A stretch of DNA of 64,000 bases from an uncultured Akkermansia sp. (GCA_964525305.1 CAZGGR010000004.1:37684-101683); one strand, 5' to 3'. Shown: positions 37,245-47,953, counted from the first letter of the stretch. Made by a program: numbers and translations. The notes: generated by a model not told the origin, from the sequence alone.

Positions 37245-39848
37245 TTATTCCTTCTTTTTTCTTCCCGTTGCTTTTTTAGAAACAGAGGTAGTTTTATCAA
37301 TAGTTGGTTTGTTCGCTTTTTCTTCTTTAGCAGTAGCTTTATCTGAAGTTTTTTTGGTTGGGTATTTCTTTTCTCTGGGAGGAAAATCAAAACCAATTTT
37401 ACCTGTTTTTACATTAAAAACGAGATAAGCGTCAAACGGACGTTTAGTCCGCTGAGAAATAAAACCTTTCATCAAATCAGACTTACCTTCTGACAACATT
37501 TTCAATACCTGATCTAAAGGAACTTCCCGACCCAATATAGTTCGGGAAACGGAAACTGCGACATTTTCCTTTCCCATTGTCAGAGAAGGGACTTTCCAAG
37601 CTTTAGCCGTTTCCATCACATCATGTTCCCCCATATTTGGAATGGAAACAGAAGCAACCTTTTCAGCAATCTCCTCCACGGATACATCTTCTTCCTCCCT
37701 TGCAGGAAAATAAAGTGAAGCCCGGTATTTATCATTAAGTTCCAATCCTGCTTCAAATGGTTTACCGAAACGAGACGTAAATCCGTGAAGAATACCTGTT
37801 TTTCCGTTTACGATGAGGGATTTCAGCTCTTCATCTGATATTTCACGCCCGGAGATAACTTTACGGATACTAAACTTGCAAGAGCGGCAAGAAACAGCGT
37901 CCAATGTATTTTTTAAACCATGGCTATGGCAAGAAGGACAATCTAATTCTATTTCCGGAAGTTCTACTTGTTGCTGTGCCTCACGAAAATCTTTCACCCT
38001 TTTCACAATTTCGCAGGTCAGTTTTTTAATACCCTCCATGAAAGCTTCTCTAGGCAGAGCAGCTTGTTCCATTTGTTTGAGCTTATATTCCCATTCTCCG
38101 GTCAGTCCAGGAGATGTAAGCGTCTTTAAACCAATACATTCCAACAAAGCAATCAGTTCAATACCGCGTCGCGTTGCTAAAAGCTCACGACCATCCCGAA
38201 CAATATATTCTTGGGAAATCAACCCTTCAATAATAGAAGCACGGGTAGCAGGAGTCCCCAAACCGCGTTCGCTCATAGCAGCAGCCAATTCCTCATCATG
38301 TACCAATTTACCAGCACCCTCCATAGCAGCCAACAAGGTTGCTTCATTGTAACGAGCCGGCGGTTTAGTCATAGCATTACGGATTTCCACCTCGCGCAAA
38401 GAAGCTTGTTCCCTATCCTTAACGGGCACCAGTTCATCCTTGGCAGAAGCACCGGCCTTACGGCCATAAACGGCTTGCCAACCGGGTTCTACCAATATTC
38501 GCCCCGTAGTCAAAAATGCATCTGTTATACCATCGGAATGGCTAATGATTGTAGTTCTCCGAGTGTCTTCAAAAACGGCAGCAGGAAAAAAGACAGCTAG
38601 AAAACGAGCCATGACCATCTCAAATATTTTCTGAGCATCCCCAGTAAGTTTTTCCATCTTTCCTGTAGGAATAATAGCAAAGTGATCACTTACTTTCTTA
38701 GTATCAAACACACGTTTATTAGGCTTAATACGCTTATTATCTAAAATATCTTTAGCAAAGGCAGCAAACTCCGGATTCTGCGTTGCCACAGTTTCTACAA
38801 TACCATGCACCTTACCTAAGTAATCCTCCGGCAGGTATCGAGAATCTGTTCGGGGATAGGTAAGCACCTTGTGTTTTTCATAACATTCTTGAGCCAATTG
38901 CAAAGTGCGTTTGGCAGAAAAACCGTAGCGGTTAGCCGCTTCACGCTGAAGAGAAGTCAAATCATACAACAAAGGAGCACTTGTTGAAACCGGTTTTTTT
39001 TCTTCAGTAACCGTTCCGGATTTGCCACGACAACGTTCACAGATTGCAGATGCCAATTCCGACGACCAAATACGTTCTGCCCGAGAATGGGGATTGTCAT
39101 TTTTCTTCCAGTCACGATCAACCCAACGTCCGGAGTAAGAACCAGACTGAACCATAAACTCTGCCCATACTTCTGAATAAGCAGTTGGTTCAAAGGCTTG
39201 AATCTCCAACTCCCGTTGAGTCAGAATTGCCAACGTGGGGGTTTGCACACGTCCTGCAGGGGTAACATTAAACCCACCACGAGATTGTAATATGGTTAAA
39301 GCACGAGTACTATTTAACCCCACCAGCCAATCTGATTCAGAACGGCACACAGCAGCATTTGTCAAAGGCAACATATCGTCCTCACTGCGCATATTGTGCC
39401 AAGCAGTCAAAATAGCTTCATCCGTCATAGATTGCATCCACAAGCGTCGTGTAGGCTTAATCCATTTCCCGAACCGCACCAAATTATGAAAAATTAGTTC
39501 CCCTTCACGCCCGGCATCACATGCATTAACAATTTCTGTAACCTCCTTGTTTTTGGCTAGCTGAAGAACTTTTTTTAAACGGTCTTCCGATTGTTTAATG
39601 GGTTCCAACTCAAATTTATCGGGGATAACTGGCAAATAATCAAACTTCCATGGCAAAGACTTACCGCCTTCCGTCATGGGTTTTTTCTGTTCCAACAAAT
39701 GACCTACAGCAGAAGTGATAATAGCACAATCATTCTGATAAAAAGCTCCAGATTTATCTCTGGTAAACTTTCCAAGCTCTTTGCCGAGAACTCTAGCTAA
39801 ATCGGTTGCGACGCTCGGTTTTTCTGCTATAATTAAGATTTTTGACAT
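37245..39848 (-). CDS. topB: DNA topoisomerase III with Zn-finger / C-terminal repeats and a Lys-rich tail
   Basis: Toprim start [14 protein letters not shown], plus SAVGHL and active-site region [13 protein letters not shown]4 motif CPSCHS...CRSC and two GF(T/I)S..GKPF/KRPFDA repeats. The tail is [16 protein letters not shown]...[10 protein letters not shown]. Confidence 0.88.
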   Translation of the reverse strand: MSKILIIAEKPSVATDLARVLGKELGKFTRDKSGAFYQNDCAIITSAVGHLLEQKKPMTEGGKSLPWKFDYLPVIPDKFELEPIKQSEDRLKKVLQLAKNKEVTEIVNACDAGREGELIFHNLVRFGKWIKPTRRLWMQSMTDEAILTAWHNMRSEDDMLPLTNAAVCRSESDWLVGLNSTRALTILQSRGGFNVTPAGRVQTPTLAILTQRELEIQAFEPTAYSEVWAEFMVQSGSYSGRWVDRDWKKNDNPHSRAERIWSSELASAICERCRGKSGTVTEEKKPVSTSAPLLYDLTSLQREAANRYGFSAKRTLQLAQECYEKHKVLTYPRTDSRYLPEDYLGKVHGIVETVATQNPEFAAFAKDILDNKRIKPNKRVFDTKKVSDHFAIIPTGKMEKLTGDAQKIFEMVMARFLAVFFPAAVFEDTRRTTIISHSDGITDAFLTTGRILVEPGWQAVYGRKAGASAKDELVPVKDREQASLREVEIRNAMTKPPARYNEATLLAAMEGAGKLVHDEELAAAMSERGLGTPATRASIIEGLISQEYIVRDGRELLATRRGIELIALLECIGLKTLTSPGLTGEWEYKLKQMEQAALPREAFMEGIKKLTCEIVKRVKDFREAQQQVELPEIELDCPSCHSHGLKNTLDAVSCRSCKFSIRKVISGREISDEELKSLIVNGKTGILHGFTSRFGKPFEAGLELNDKYRASLYFPAREEEDVSVEEIAEKVASVSIPNMGEHDVMETAKAWKVPSLTMGKENVAVSVSRTILGREVPLDQVLKMLSEGKSDLMKGFISQRTKRPFDAYLVFNVKTGKIGFDFPPREKKYPTKKTSDKATAKEEKANKPTIDKTTSVSKKATGRKKKE

Positions 39849-40093
39849 ATCGGCGGCCTGGGGAAATAGTAGTGGTAACAGTAGAACTCATACAAACATC
39901 ACAGAGATGTAAGATGCGTTGCATTTGGAGCTGAATTCCTACTCTCCTCCCCCCCATAGTTGTCAATACCCAATTATGTACTTATAGGAAAAGCATGCTT
40001 GTATGTCAGAATAACTATGTTTCCTCCGCCATTTTACAAAGAAACACGCTGTCATCTTGTCAGCCCACCAGCACCATGTTACCTTGGGACTCG

Positions 40094-40525
40094 ATGAAAA
40101 TCCGTTTGATTTATTTGCTTCTTTTCACTTGCCTAACATTATTTTCAGCCTGCACAACAACGCCATCTGAACGAATTGCAAAAAATATGGCAGCTTATGA
40201 ACAGCTCCCAAAGGAACATCAAACTAAGGTAATACATGGGGAACTAGAAAAAGACATGACACCAATAGCAGTTCTACTGGCATGGGGAAAGCCGGAGCAG
40301 AAGATAGCCGGACGGATCAATGGTAAAAATACCGAACGTTGGATTTATACAAAAGGAGGCTCAGGATGGAGCATAGGACTGGGTGGTGGCGGTTTTCATG
40401 GTAAAAGCTCCGGAATAGGAACGGGGCTTGGCGTTACGATGCCCTTGGGGCACAAAGCCACTACTTGCAACGTCTTATTTGAACAAGGCAAGGTTATCGC
40501 TTGGGAAACAACCAATGGCATTTAA
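40094..40525 (+). CDS. hypothetical lipoprotein with a Gly-rich segment
   Basis: Lipobox LTLFSAC after the ATG at 40094. GGSGWSIGLGGGGFHGKSSGIGTGLG. A possible BamE/SmpA-like small lipoprotein, which is weakly supported. Confidence 0.55.
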   Translation: MKIRLIYLLLFTCLTLFSACTTTPSERIAKNMAAYEQLPKEHQTKVIHGELEKDMTPIAVLLAWGKPEQKIAGRINGKNTERWIYTKGGSGWSIGLGGGGFHGKSSGIGTGLGVTMPLGHKATTCNVLFEQGKVIAWETTNGI

Positions 40526-40610
40526 CCAAACAATAACCACCCTCTTCCTAGTATATTTTACTCTCTACGCAGAGTATTAAAACTTTAAGAAATTGTCGGG
40601 ATATTTTTAT

Positions 40611-42182
40611 CTATTTACCGACGACCTTTAAAATAGCTTTCACCAATCCGTCTATATCATGAGCTTTTGCCGTGATAGACGGAGTATGATTCCATTCTTT
40701 TAGAGTAGCAGTAGTCACGGGTCCTATGCTAGCAATCTTACACCCGCTTGGCCAAGGAAGTCCCAACTTGAAAAAATTCTCAACCGTCGATGAACTAGTG
40801 AATGTTACAATATCTGCACCCTGCTCACGGAAAAGAGCCTGAACACCGGCCACATCTTCCGTTTCTGCTTCTGTTTTATAGGCAACACATTCATCCACAA
40901 TAGCACCCATTGCATTCAGTCCATCATATATTACACGCCGAGCATTTTCTCCACGCACCCACAAAAACGTATTGTGCTCAATAGAGCCGATTTCTTCACG
41001 AGCATCCTTGAATGCTTTAACAAGACCTTCTGCCACATACTTTTTAGGCATAAGATCTACGGCTAACCCATATTCCCGAAGCTTTGCCTCCGTACCAGGG
41101 CCAATGGCGGCAATTCTAACACCGCCAATGCTACGAATATCCTTATAAACAGCAAAAAATGCCCTAAAAAATTGTTCCACGCCATTGGGACTGGAAAATA
41201 CCAACCAATCATAAGTGTGTGCATGCACTACGCTTTCTGCAAACTCCCTTCTATCAGACGGCGGAGCTATACGAATGGTAGGCATTTCCAACACTTCAGC
41301 ACCAAGTCTGCGTAAGCGAGCACTCAACTCCCCTGCTTGAGAAAGAGTTCGCGTCACAACGATACGCTTACCAAACAATGGCTGTTTTTCAAACCAATTA
41401 AGAAACTCACGTTCTTTAACTACTTCTCCGATTAACACAATAGCCGGCGCACTCAGACCCGCTTTCTGAACCTTAACCGGCAACGTTTTAACAGTACCCA
41501 CAACCGTTCGCTGCATACCAGTCGTTGCCCACTGAATGGCAACAGCAGGGGTAGATGAATCTTGTCCATATCCGATTAAAGCCTCACAAACCTCCGCCAA
41601 ATTCTGCATTCCCATAAGCATCACTTTTGTCCCCTGGGCTTCGGCTATTCCTTTCAAATCTAAAGAAGACGACTTTTTATTCACGTCTTCATGTCCTGTA
41701 AATATAGTAAATTGAGTACAATACTTACGATGAGTTACCGGAATACCAGCATAAGCAGGTCCTGCAATAGCTGAGGAAATACCGGGAATCACTTCAAAAG
41801 AAATACCGGCATTATATAAAGCGTCAGCTTCTTCCCCTCCTCTACCGAAAACATATGGATCACCACCTTTTAAACGAACAACACTTTTTCCTTCTCGTGC
41901 CAATTTAATCAATAAGGCATTAATTTCTTCCTGAGGCAAGGCATGGTTGGAAGCCCTCTTTCCTACAAAAATCCGTTCGCATGCAATAGGAGCCCAGTTC
42001 AATAATTCAATCGAACTCAATGCGTCATATACTAATGCGTCCGCTGTTTCTATCAACTCGCGTCCGCGGACAGTTATCAATCCGGGGTCACCGGGTCCAG
42101 CTCCAAGTAAATAAACTATGCCCTGTTGCATACTGCTATTCAATCTCATCATCGGCTTTTTGGCGATAAGAATCCTAGCCAT
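40611..42182 (-). CDS. fused uroporphyrinogen-III C-methyltransferase / uroporphyrinogen-III synthase
   Basis: The N-half has VYLLGAGPGDPGLITVRG...VVRLKGGDPYVFGRGGEE (CobA/SUMT). The C-half (about 250 aa) has a HemD-like two-lobe pattern. The start may be an internal Met. Confidence 0.88.
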   Translation of the reverse strand: MARILIAKKPMMRLNSSMQQGIVYLLGAGPGDPGLITVRGRELIETADALVYDALSSIELLNWAPIACERIFVGKRASNHALPQEEINALLIKLAREGKSVVRLKGGDPYVFGRGGEEADALYNAGISFEVIPGISSAIAGPAYAGIPVTHRKYCTQFTIFTGHEDVNKKSSSLDLKGIAEAQGTKVMLMGMQNLAEVCEALIGYGQDSSTPAVAIQWATTGMQRTVVGTVKTLPVKVQKAGLSAPAIVLIGEVVKEREFLNWFEKQPLFGKRIVVTRTLSQAGELSARLRRLGAEVLEMPTIRIAPPSDRREFAESVVHAHTYDWLVFSSPNGVEQFFRAFFAVYKDIRSIGGVRIAAIGPGTEAKLREYGLAVDLMPKKYVAEGLVKAFKDAREEIGSIEHNTFLWVRGENARRVIYDGLNAMGAIVDECVAYKTEAETEDVAGVQALFREQGADIVTFTSSSTVENFFKLGLPWPSGCKIASIGPVTTATLKEWNHTPSITAKAHDIDGLVKAILKVVGK

Positions 42183-42270
42183 GTCAGTTTCATCCTATTG
42201 AAAAGCTGATTATTACATAGCCTTCTTAAAAGATTCTTGTCTTTGAATGGATATAATATATCATATATAT

Positions 42271-42729
42271 ATGAAGTTTTTGATTATTTTGATAACATCG
42301 TTTTCTTACATATTTGCATTACCGACTTTAGCAGATATACCAGCTTCAAAAATTCCAGAAGTTGTACAAATTCAGATACAAAAACAATACCCGAATGCAA
42401 CTTCAATTGAATGGGACTTTGATAATGAAGAAGATATTTATGAAGTAGAATTCCGACTGAATGGACTAAAACACGAAGTAAAATTATATCCAAACGGTAC
42501 CGTTTGCTTGATTAAGGCCAGCATTCCTCTACAACAACTTCCACCATCCGTCACATCTGCCGTTATTCGAGACCTCCCGGGATATTCTATTCGTCAGGCT
42601 AAACAAATCACTATTAGGGGATCTTTGAAATATAAAGTGGACTGCTATTCCGATTCTGCCGCCATTCACAAACTTAAACTTTATTACACACCAGACGGTA
42701 AACTTCTATCCAAAAAATTAGATGATTAA
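42271..42729 (+). CDS. PepSY-like (beta-lactamase-inhibitor-like) periplasmic protein
   Basis: Signal peptide, then two repeats of the pattern P..V......YP.A....W......YEVEF..NG.K.EV....G. Confidence 0.65.
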   Translation: MKFLIILITSFSYIFALPTLADIPASKIPEVVQIQIQKQYPNATSIEWDFDNEEDIYEVEFRLNGLKHEVKLYPNGTVCLIKASIPLQQLPPSVTSAVIRDLPGYSIRQAKQITIRGSLKYKVDCYSDSAAIHKLKLYYTPDGKLLSKKLDD

Positions 42730-42848
42730 ATCAAAGCATCGTTCTTCAGCACCCATATACCAACGAAGGCAAGACAACGGTTTATTCCTCAACTGACACA
42801 AAGCTCTCTGGATTCAACAATTTTTTATAATATAAGATTAAATCTGCA

Positions 42849-43601
42849 ATGATTGAATTATTCAACACCCTGTCCTATATAACACACACGTCTGAGCCCA
42901 CTCAGACGCATTCCTATTCCATTTATTGGATCATTCTGCTGGGTTCTATGCTTCTAAGCTGGTTGGTCAGCGCACGAATGAAAAGTCGTTTCAATGAATA
43001 TTCTCAAATATCCATTCCCATGACTGGACGAGAAGTTGCCGAACAAATGCTAAGAGACAATCACATTACAGATGTTCAGGTTATTTCCACATCCGGCCAT
43101 CTAACAGATCATTACAATCCAGCAAATAAAACGGTTAACCTAAGCGAATCCGTTTATCATTCCAACAGCATCGCCGCTGCAGCCGTCGCTGCCCATGAAG
43201 TAGGACACGCCGTACAACATGCCCAAGCTTATCACTGGTTAAGCTTGCGATCTGCGCTAGTTCCGATCGTCCAGCTTTCCTCCAACTTGGTAAGCATCGT
43301 TCTGATGATTGGTATTGTATTACTAGCTATGGGAGGCTCTCCTTGGGTATTGGGTCTGGGCATCGGTTTGTTCGCCATGACTACGATCTTTGCATTCGTT
43401 ACGCTTCCGGTAGAATTTGATGCCTCCAGCAGAGCATTGTCATGGTTAAATCGTTCTCATATGATGAATTACTTTGATCATGGAAAAGCAAAAAGCGCTC
43501 TGTTTTGGGCAGCTATGACCTATGTAGTTGGAGCACTTTCCTCCCTAGCTATGCTGCTATATTATGTATTCATTTTCCTGAATGCTCGCGGCAGAGATTA
43601 A
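42849..43601 (+). CDS. YugP-family membrane zinc metallopeptidase
   Basis: 250 aa. HEVGHAVQH zinc motif, N-terminal and C-terminal TM segments, and DHYNP..K.V.LSE. Confidence 0.82.
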   Translation: MIELFNTLSYITHTSEPTQTHSYSIYWIILLGSMLLSWLVSARMKSRFNEYSQISIPMTGREVAEQMLRDNHITDVQVISTSGHLTDHYNPANKTVNLSESVYHSNSIAAAAVAAHEVGHAVQHAQAYHWLSLRSALVPIVQLSSNLVSIVLMIGIVLLAMGGSPWVLGLGIGLFAMTTIFAFVTLPVEFDASSRALSWLNRSHMMNYFDHGKAKSALFWAAMTYVVGALSSLAMLLYYVFIFLNARGRD

Positions 43602-43636
43602 TCTCCCGACAGCACAATAACGCATCTTTACACAAC

Positions 43637-43668
43637 AAAGAGGGAGAACGGAAAAGAGGGAGAACGGA
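43637..43668 (+). repeat. perfect 16-bp tandem duplication
   Basis: AAAGAGGGAGAACGGA occurs twice back to back. The second copy supplies the 5' arm of the terminator stem. Confidence 0.9.
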
Positions 43669-43689
43669 AGCGTGCTCCCTCTTTTATTT
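43655..43689 (+). terminator. rho-independent terminator after the YugP-family gene
   Basis: AGAGGGAG-12 nt-CUCCCUCU followed by UUUAUUU. Confidence 0.6.
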
Positions 43690-43769
43690 CTCGTAATTAT
43701 ATATAAAAAGTAGCAAGAAGTTTTATGAAATGGCATTGCATTTCCTTATGTAGTATATAAAATAATCGT

Positions 43770-44771
43770 GTGGTACATTGCGACACTACACAATCGGACT
43801 TCCGGGAAAGCGCCGTCAAGGCTTTTAAGGCCATGTTACTAGCAAGAGCCTTTGATACTAAGATTTCCAGCCTTTATAAAGCAGGCAAAATTACAGGAGG
43901 TGTTTACTTAGGCCGAGGTCATGAAGCGATAGCCGCTTGTGGAGGAGTTTTTCTAAACGCTGGGTATGATGTCATCGCACCATTTATCCGAGAACAGGCA
44001 GCACGCGTCACATGGGGAGAACCAATTATTGAAGCTGCACGGGCCTATTTAGGATCTGCATTGGGATATATGAAAGGGAGAGATGGCAATGTACACCGAG
44101 GTCTACCTGCAGAAGGGTATATGGCTCCAATCAGTCACTTGGGTAGCACAGTTGCTTTCATCAATGGTTGCCTTTTTGCCAAGCGTTTGGATGGTAAACT
44201 ACCTGGCCCCGTAGGCGTGGCTTTTTGTGGAGACGGAACCACATCAACAGGTGCATTCCATGAAGCAGCCAACATGGCTAACGTGGAACAATTGCCTCTA
44301 GTGCTTGTTGTGACCAACAATCAATTTGCTTATTCCACTCCTAACATCCGTGAATTCGGGAAAGCCTCTTTGGCAGACCGAGGTCGTGGGTACGGCTTTA
44401 CCGTCTATGAAACAGACGGTACTGATTTTCTGACCACGCTGAAAACTTTTCAGACAGCTATCAGCAATGCCAGAAAAGGCATGGGGCCTCAATGGATATT
44501 GGCCAAAACCTTGCGTATGTGCGGGCACGGCGAACACGATGACGCCTCTTATATTCCTAAAGAATTAAAAGAGGAATATACAAAAAAAGACCCTGTAATC
44601 GTTGCAGAACAACAGCTACTGGAAACCGGATGGCTTACACCGGAAGATGTAGCTTCATTAAAAAAACAATATGCCGATGAAGTTCAACTAGCTGTAGCTA
44701 CTGCCCAACGAGAACCTGAACCGGATCCATTCCAAGAAAATTGGAACGCCACGGTTTGGAAACCTTATTAA
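43770..44771 (+). CDS. 2-oxoacid dehydrogenase E1 component, alpha subunit (TPP-binding)
   Basis: GTG start (uncertain). TPP motif GDGTTSTGAFHEAANMA..LPLVLVVTNNQFA. MCGHGEHDD. Confidence 0.88.
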   Translation: MVHCDTTQSDFRESAVKAFKAMLLARAFDTKISSLYKAGKITGGVYLGRGHEAIAACGGVFLNAGYDVIAPFIREQAARVTWGEPIIEAARAYLGSALGYMKGRDGNVHRGLPAEGYMAPISHLGSTVAFINGCLFAKRLDGKLPGPVGVAFCGDGTTSTGAFHEAANMANVEQLPLVLVVTNNQFAYSTPNIREFGKASLADRGRGYGFTVYETDGTDFLTTLKTFQTAISNARKGMGPQWILAKTLRMCGHGEHDDASYIPKELKEEYTKKDPVIVAEQQLLETGWLTPEDVASLKKQYADEVQLAVATAQREPEPDPFQENWNATVWKPY

Positions 44772-44793
44772 AGCCAGTAAAAGGAATATCCCC

Positions 44794-45768
44794 ATGAGCG
44801 TAACATATATTGATGCCATCCACGACGCCCAGAAAGATCTGCTGACTGAAGACAAAGATGTCTTCCTATATGGCCAAGACATAGGCGTTTTTGGAGGGGC
44901 ATTTAAGGCTACGAAAGGACTTAAAGAACTTTTCCCTGACAGAGTTATAGACGCACCTATCAGTGAAGATGCTATGGCCGGTATGGTAACCGGTGCCGCC
45001 GTCATGGGTAAAAAACCCATCATGGAAATTCAGTTTGCAGACTTCAGCACCATTGCTTTTAACCAAATTGTCAACATGGCGGCTACTCATTACTACCGCA
45101 CCGGTATATCGGCCAATATTACGGTACGCCTACCCTGCGGAGGGACTCCCGGGACCGGTCCATTTCACAGCCAAAGTTTGGAAGCCTTATTTGCCCATTA
45201 TCCGGGTTTGCATGTCATGACTCCGGCAACGGTAGCCGATGCCTACTGGATGTTACGGCAAGCCGTAGAAATACCGGATCCCGTCATTTTCCTAGAGCAT
45301 AAGTTCCTGTATCGTTGGCTGAAAGCAGAAGATAACTACAGGGATGCACCAGTCATTCCGTTTGGAATGGCTCGAATTGCGCGTACCGGCAAACATGCTA
45401 CTGTAGTGGCTTATAGTGCTATGGTTCCAGAAGCTGTCCGCGCTGCAGATTTGTTGGAAAAGGAAAGCGGATATGAAGTGGAAGTAGTCGACCTCCGCAC
45501 TGTACGTCCCTTAGACATGGACACAGTCATCGCTTCCGTAGCCCGTACCGGACGCGTTTTAGTCGTTGGGGAAGATTTCCCTTGGGGAGGAGTAACGGCA
45601 GAAGTCGTATCGCGTATTGTAGCAGAAGGATTTCATCTACTGGATGCTCCACCTCAACGCCTTAACTCTAAGGATACCCCCATACCTCAACATCCCAACC
45701 TGTGGAAGGCTCACCGCCCGACATTGGAATCTATAGCAGCTTCTATACGTCATCTTTTATCCATTTGA
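44794..45768 (+). CDS. 2-oxoacid dehydrogenase E1 component, beta subunit
   Basis: 324 aa with the transketolase-like pyrimidine-binding pattern (GQDIGVFGGAFKATKGL, PISEDAMAG) and a C-terminal domain. Confidence 0.9.
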   Translation: MSVTYIDAIHDAQKDLLTEDKDVFLYGQDIGVFGGAFKATKGLKELFPDRVIDAPISEDAMAGMVTGAAVMGKKPIMEIQFADFSTIAFNQIVNMAATHYYRTGISANITVRLPCGGTPGTGPFHSQSLEALFAHYPGLHVMTPATVADAYWMLRQAVEIPDPVIFLEHKFLYRWLKAEDNYRDAPVIPFGMARIARTGKHATVVAYSAMVPEAVRAADLLEKESGYEVEVVDLRTVRPLDMDTVIASVARTGRVLVVGEDFPWGGVTAEVVSRIVAEGFHLLDAPPQRLNSKDTPIPQHPNLWKAHRPTLESIAASIRHLLSI

Positions 45769-45787
45769 TTTAAAACCAGTTGCCACC

Positions 45788-47062
45788 ATGCCTAAAGTAC
45801 CTATTTTAATGCCCCAACTTGGAGACTCCATAGCGGAAGCCACTGTATTGCGCTTGCTGGTAAACCAAGGTGATACCGTAGAAGCCGACCAGGAAATCTT
45901 TGAAGTAGAAACCAACAAAGCCACTATGGGAGTCACCACCATGTGCGGAGGTATCTTGAGTGATGTCTTTATTAACGAAGGAGATTCCGTTGTCGTTGGC
46001 GCATGCATGGCTATGATTGAGGCTACTGAAGAAGAAATTGAACGTTCCGGTGCAACACCTGCAGGGGATTCTTCTCAGCCATCCCTACCAGCCAGCCCTG
46101 AATCCGTCCCGCAACCCGCGTCCCTATCCCCTGTTCAAGAAGAAAAACCTGCAGGGGTTCACTTTGGGGTAACAGGAGAATCTTATCAGGAAAAAGGATC
46201 AGATTTAAAAGTTCAGCCCAGTGTTCGTGGATTACCCGTACCAGCCGGAATGAAAGGGGCTCATTATATGTCACCTAGGATGAAAGCTCGAATGGACGAG
46301 CTAGGGATGCGCGCTTCTGACATCGCTTTTATTTCTGGATCCGGAGCTGGTGGACGCGTCACTATTGATGACTTAGAAGAGTTTTTGGAATATGTGAGCC
46401 AATGGCCCAACCGCAAGGCTTCATCCATGCGATTAGCTGTAGCAGATGCTATGCGCCGTAGTTGGACGCGTCCTTTAGCCTCTGCTGGACGTCCTGTATT
46501 CATGGACCCCCTTATTAAACACAGACAAAACTCCCCGCTTCGCCCCGGCATCACCCTGTATTTTGCTCGGGCATTAGCACTGGCACTGGCAGAAAGCCCG
46601 GAATGTGCCGGTTATTTAGTTGGAGAAAACATTATTTCTCCCAAGACCATAGACATTGGCATTGCGGCTCAAGTAGCAGATGGGGTCATGGTGCCTGTAT
46701 TACGCCGTGTTAACGAACGAACAATTGAAGAATTACTGGAAGATTACAATAGGTTAATTGCTCAAGCCCGTCGTCGCAGACTTGCTCCGGAAGACAGCTC
46801 CGGTGGTATTGCAACGGTTACCAACTTCGGTGGATTTGGTCTTACTTTTGCAGCTCCCATGCCCATGCCAAGCGAATCCATTATTTTAGGAGTAGGAGCC
46901 GTCACAAAAACCCCTGTTTGGAGTGATGAAGTGGAAGCTTTCATTCCCATTTCCAAGGCTAACATTGTAGCTACTGGAGATCATCGCGTGGTAGATGGTG
47001 CTGACATTGGCCGTTTGCTGAAACGCGTAGCAGAATTACTCCAACGCCCGGAATATCTGTAA
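45788..47062 (+). CDS. dihydrolipoamide acyltransferase E2 component
   Basis: Single lipoyl domain with EVETNKATMGV, a Pro/Ser-rich linker, a subunit-binding domain and a catalytic domain ending DHRVVDGADIGRLL. Confidence 0.9.
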   Translation: MPKVPILMPQLGDSIAEATVLRLLVNQGDTVEADQEIFEVETNKATMGVTTMCGGILSDVFINEGDSVVVGACMAMIEATEEEIERSGATPAGDSSQPSLPASPESVPQPASLSPVQEEKPAGVHFGVTGESYQEKGSDLKVQPSVRGLPVPAGMKGAHYMSPRMKARMDELGMRASDIAFISGSGAGGRVTIDDLEEFLEYVSQWPNRKASSMRLAVADAMRRSWTRPLASAGRPVFMDPLIKHRQNSPLRPGITLYFARALALALAESPECAGYLVGENIISPKTIDIGIAAQVADGVMVPVLRRVNERTIEELLEDYNRLIAQARRRRLAPEDSSGGIATVTNFGGFGLTFAAPMPMPSESIILGVGAVTKTPVWSDEVEAFIPISKANIVATGDHRVVDGADIGRLLKRVAELLQRPEYL

Positions 47063-47089
47063 CACACAGAATATTACATTTTACTCCAC

Positions 47090-47953
47090 ATGGAATCAGA
47101 CCGACCCATACTAGGCTTAGTTGCAGGCGATGGCGTTTACCCTGAATACATCGTACGAGGAGCGCGTCGATCCATACCGGAGATATGTATTATTGCCGTA
47201 GGATTCAAAGGAGAAACTAGTCCTACAATAGGCACATTATGTGATGAGTATCAGGAGTTCAACGTCGGGCAAATTAGTAAACCGTTTTCCTTCTTAAAAA
47301 AACATCGCGTTAAAAACATCATCATGGCAGGGGGAATTAATCCTAAAAACATTCTTTCCCTCCGTCCGGATTTTCGAGCTCTTTCTGTACTAATGCGAAT
47401 GCCGGAGAAAAATGCTGACTCCTTACTGAGCGCTGTTATCACGGAAGCAGAAAAAGAAGGGTTTACTATTCTCCCGGCCTCCACATACATGGAAGAACAT
47501 ATGCCTCAATCGGGTCACATTGCTGGACCACTTCCTAGTCCGGAACAGTGGGAAGATGCGAGATTCGGTATGCAAATGGCAAAAGAAATCAGCCGTCTTC
47601 ACATTGGGCAATCCGTTATTGTTCATGGTGGTACCGTAATAGCGGTAGAAGCTATTGAAGGAACTAACAATTGTATACGCCGCAGTAAAGAACTTGGAAG
47701 TGGTAAATCATCTACACTAGCAAAAGTCGCAAGACTTGGGCACGATATGAGATTTGACATCCCTACAGTGGGGCCCATCACCATTAAAACATGTGCAGAA
47801 TGTGGCGTGCGTCAAATCGCCATGGAAGCGGGAAAAACCATTCTGTTGGAACGAGAGCGCGTAACGGAGCTGTGTAAAAAATATAAAATTAGTCTACATG
47901 CCATCAGCTACACGGAACCCAACGTTCTTAAGCAAAACAACTGCTCTATTTAA
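47090..47953 (+). CDS. lpxI: LpxI-family UDP-2,3-diacylglucosamine diphosphatase (DUF1009)
   Basis: 287 aa. LGLVAGDGVYP start and GQSVIVHGGTVIAVEAIEGTNNCIRR, a pattern typical of LpxI. Confidence 0.78.
   Translation: MESDRPILGLVAGDGVYPEYIVRGARRSIPEICIIAVGFKGETSPTIGTLCDEYQEFNVGQISKPFSFLKKHRVKNIIMAGGINPKNILSLRPDFRALSVLMRMPEKNADSLLSAVITEAEKEGFTILPASTYMEEHMPQSGHIAGPLPSPEQWEDARFGMQMAKEISRLHIGQSVIVHGGTVIAVEAIEGTNNCIRRSKELGSGKSSTLAKVARLGHDMRFDIPTVGPITIKTCAECGVRQIAMEAGKTILLERERVTELCKKYKISLHAISYTEPNVLKQNNCSI

Noticed and set aside
37813-38600. Plus-strand ORFs of 179 aa and 129 aa inside topB.
   Set aside because: They are antisense shadows. Their Ser/Pro/Arg-rich sequences have no motifs, and topB is intact on the other strand.
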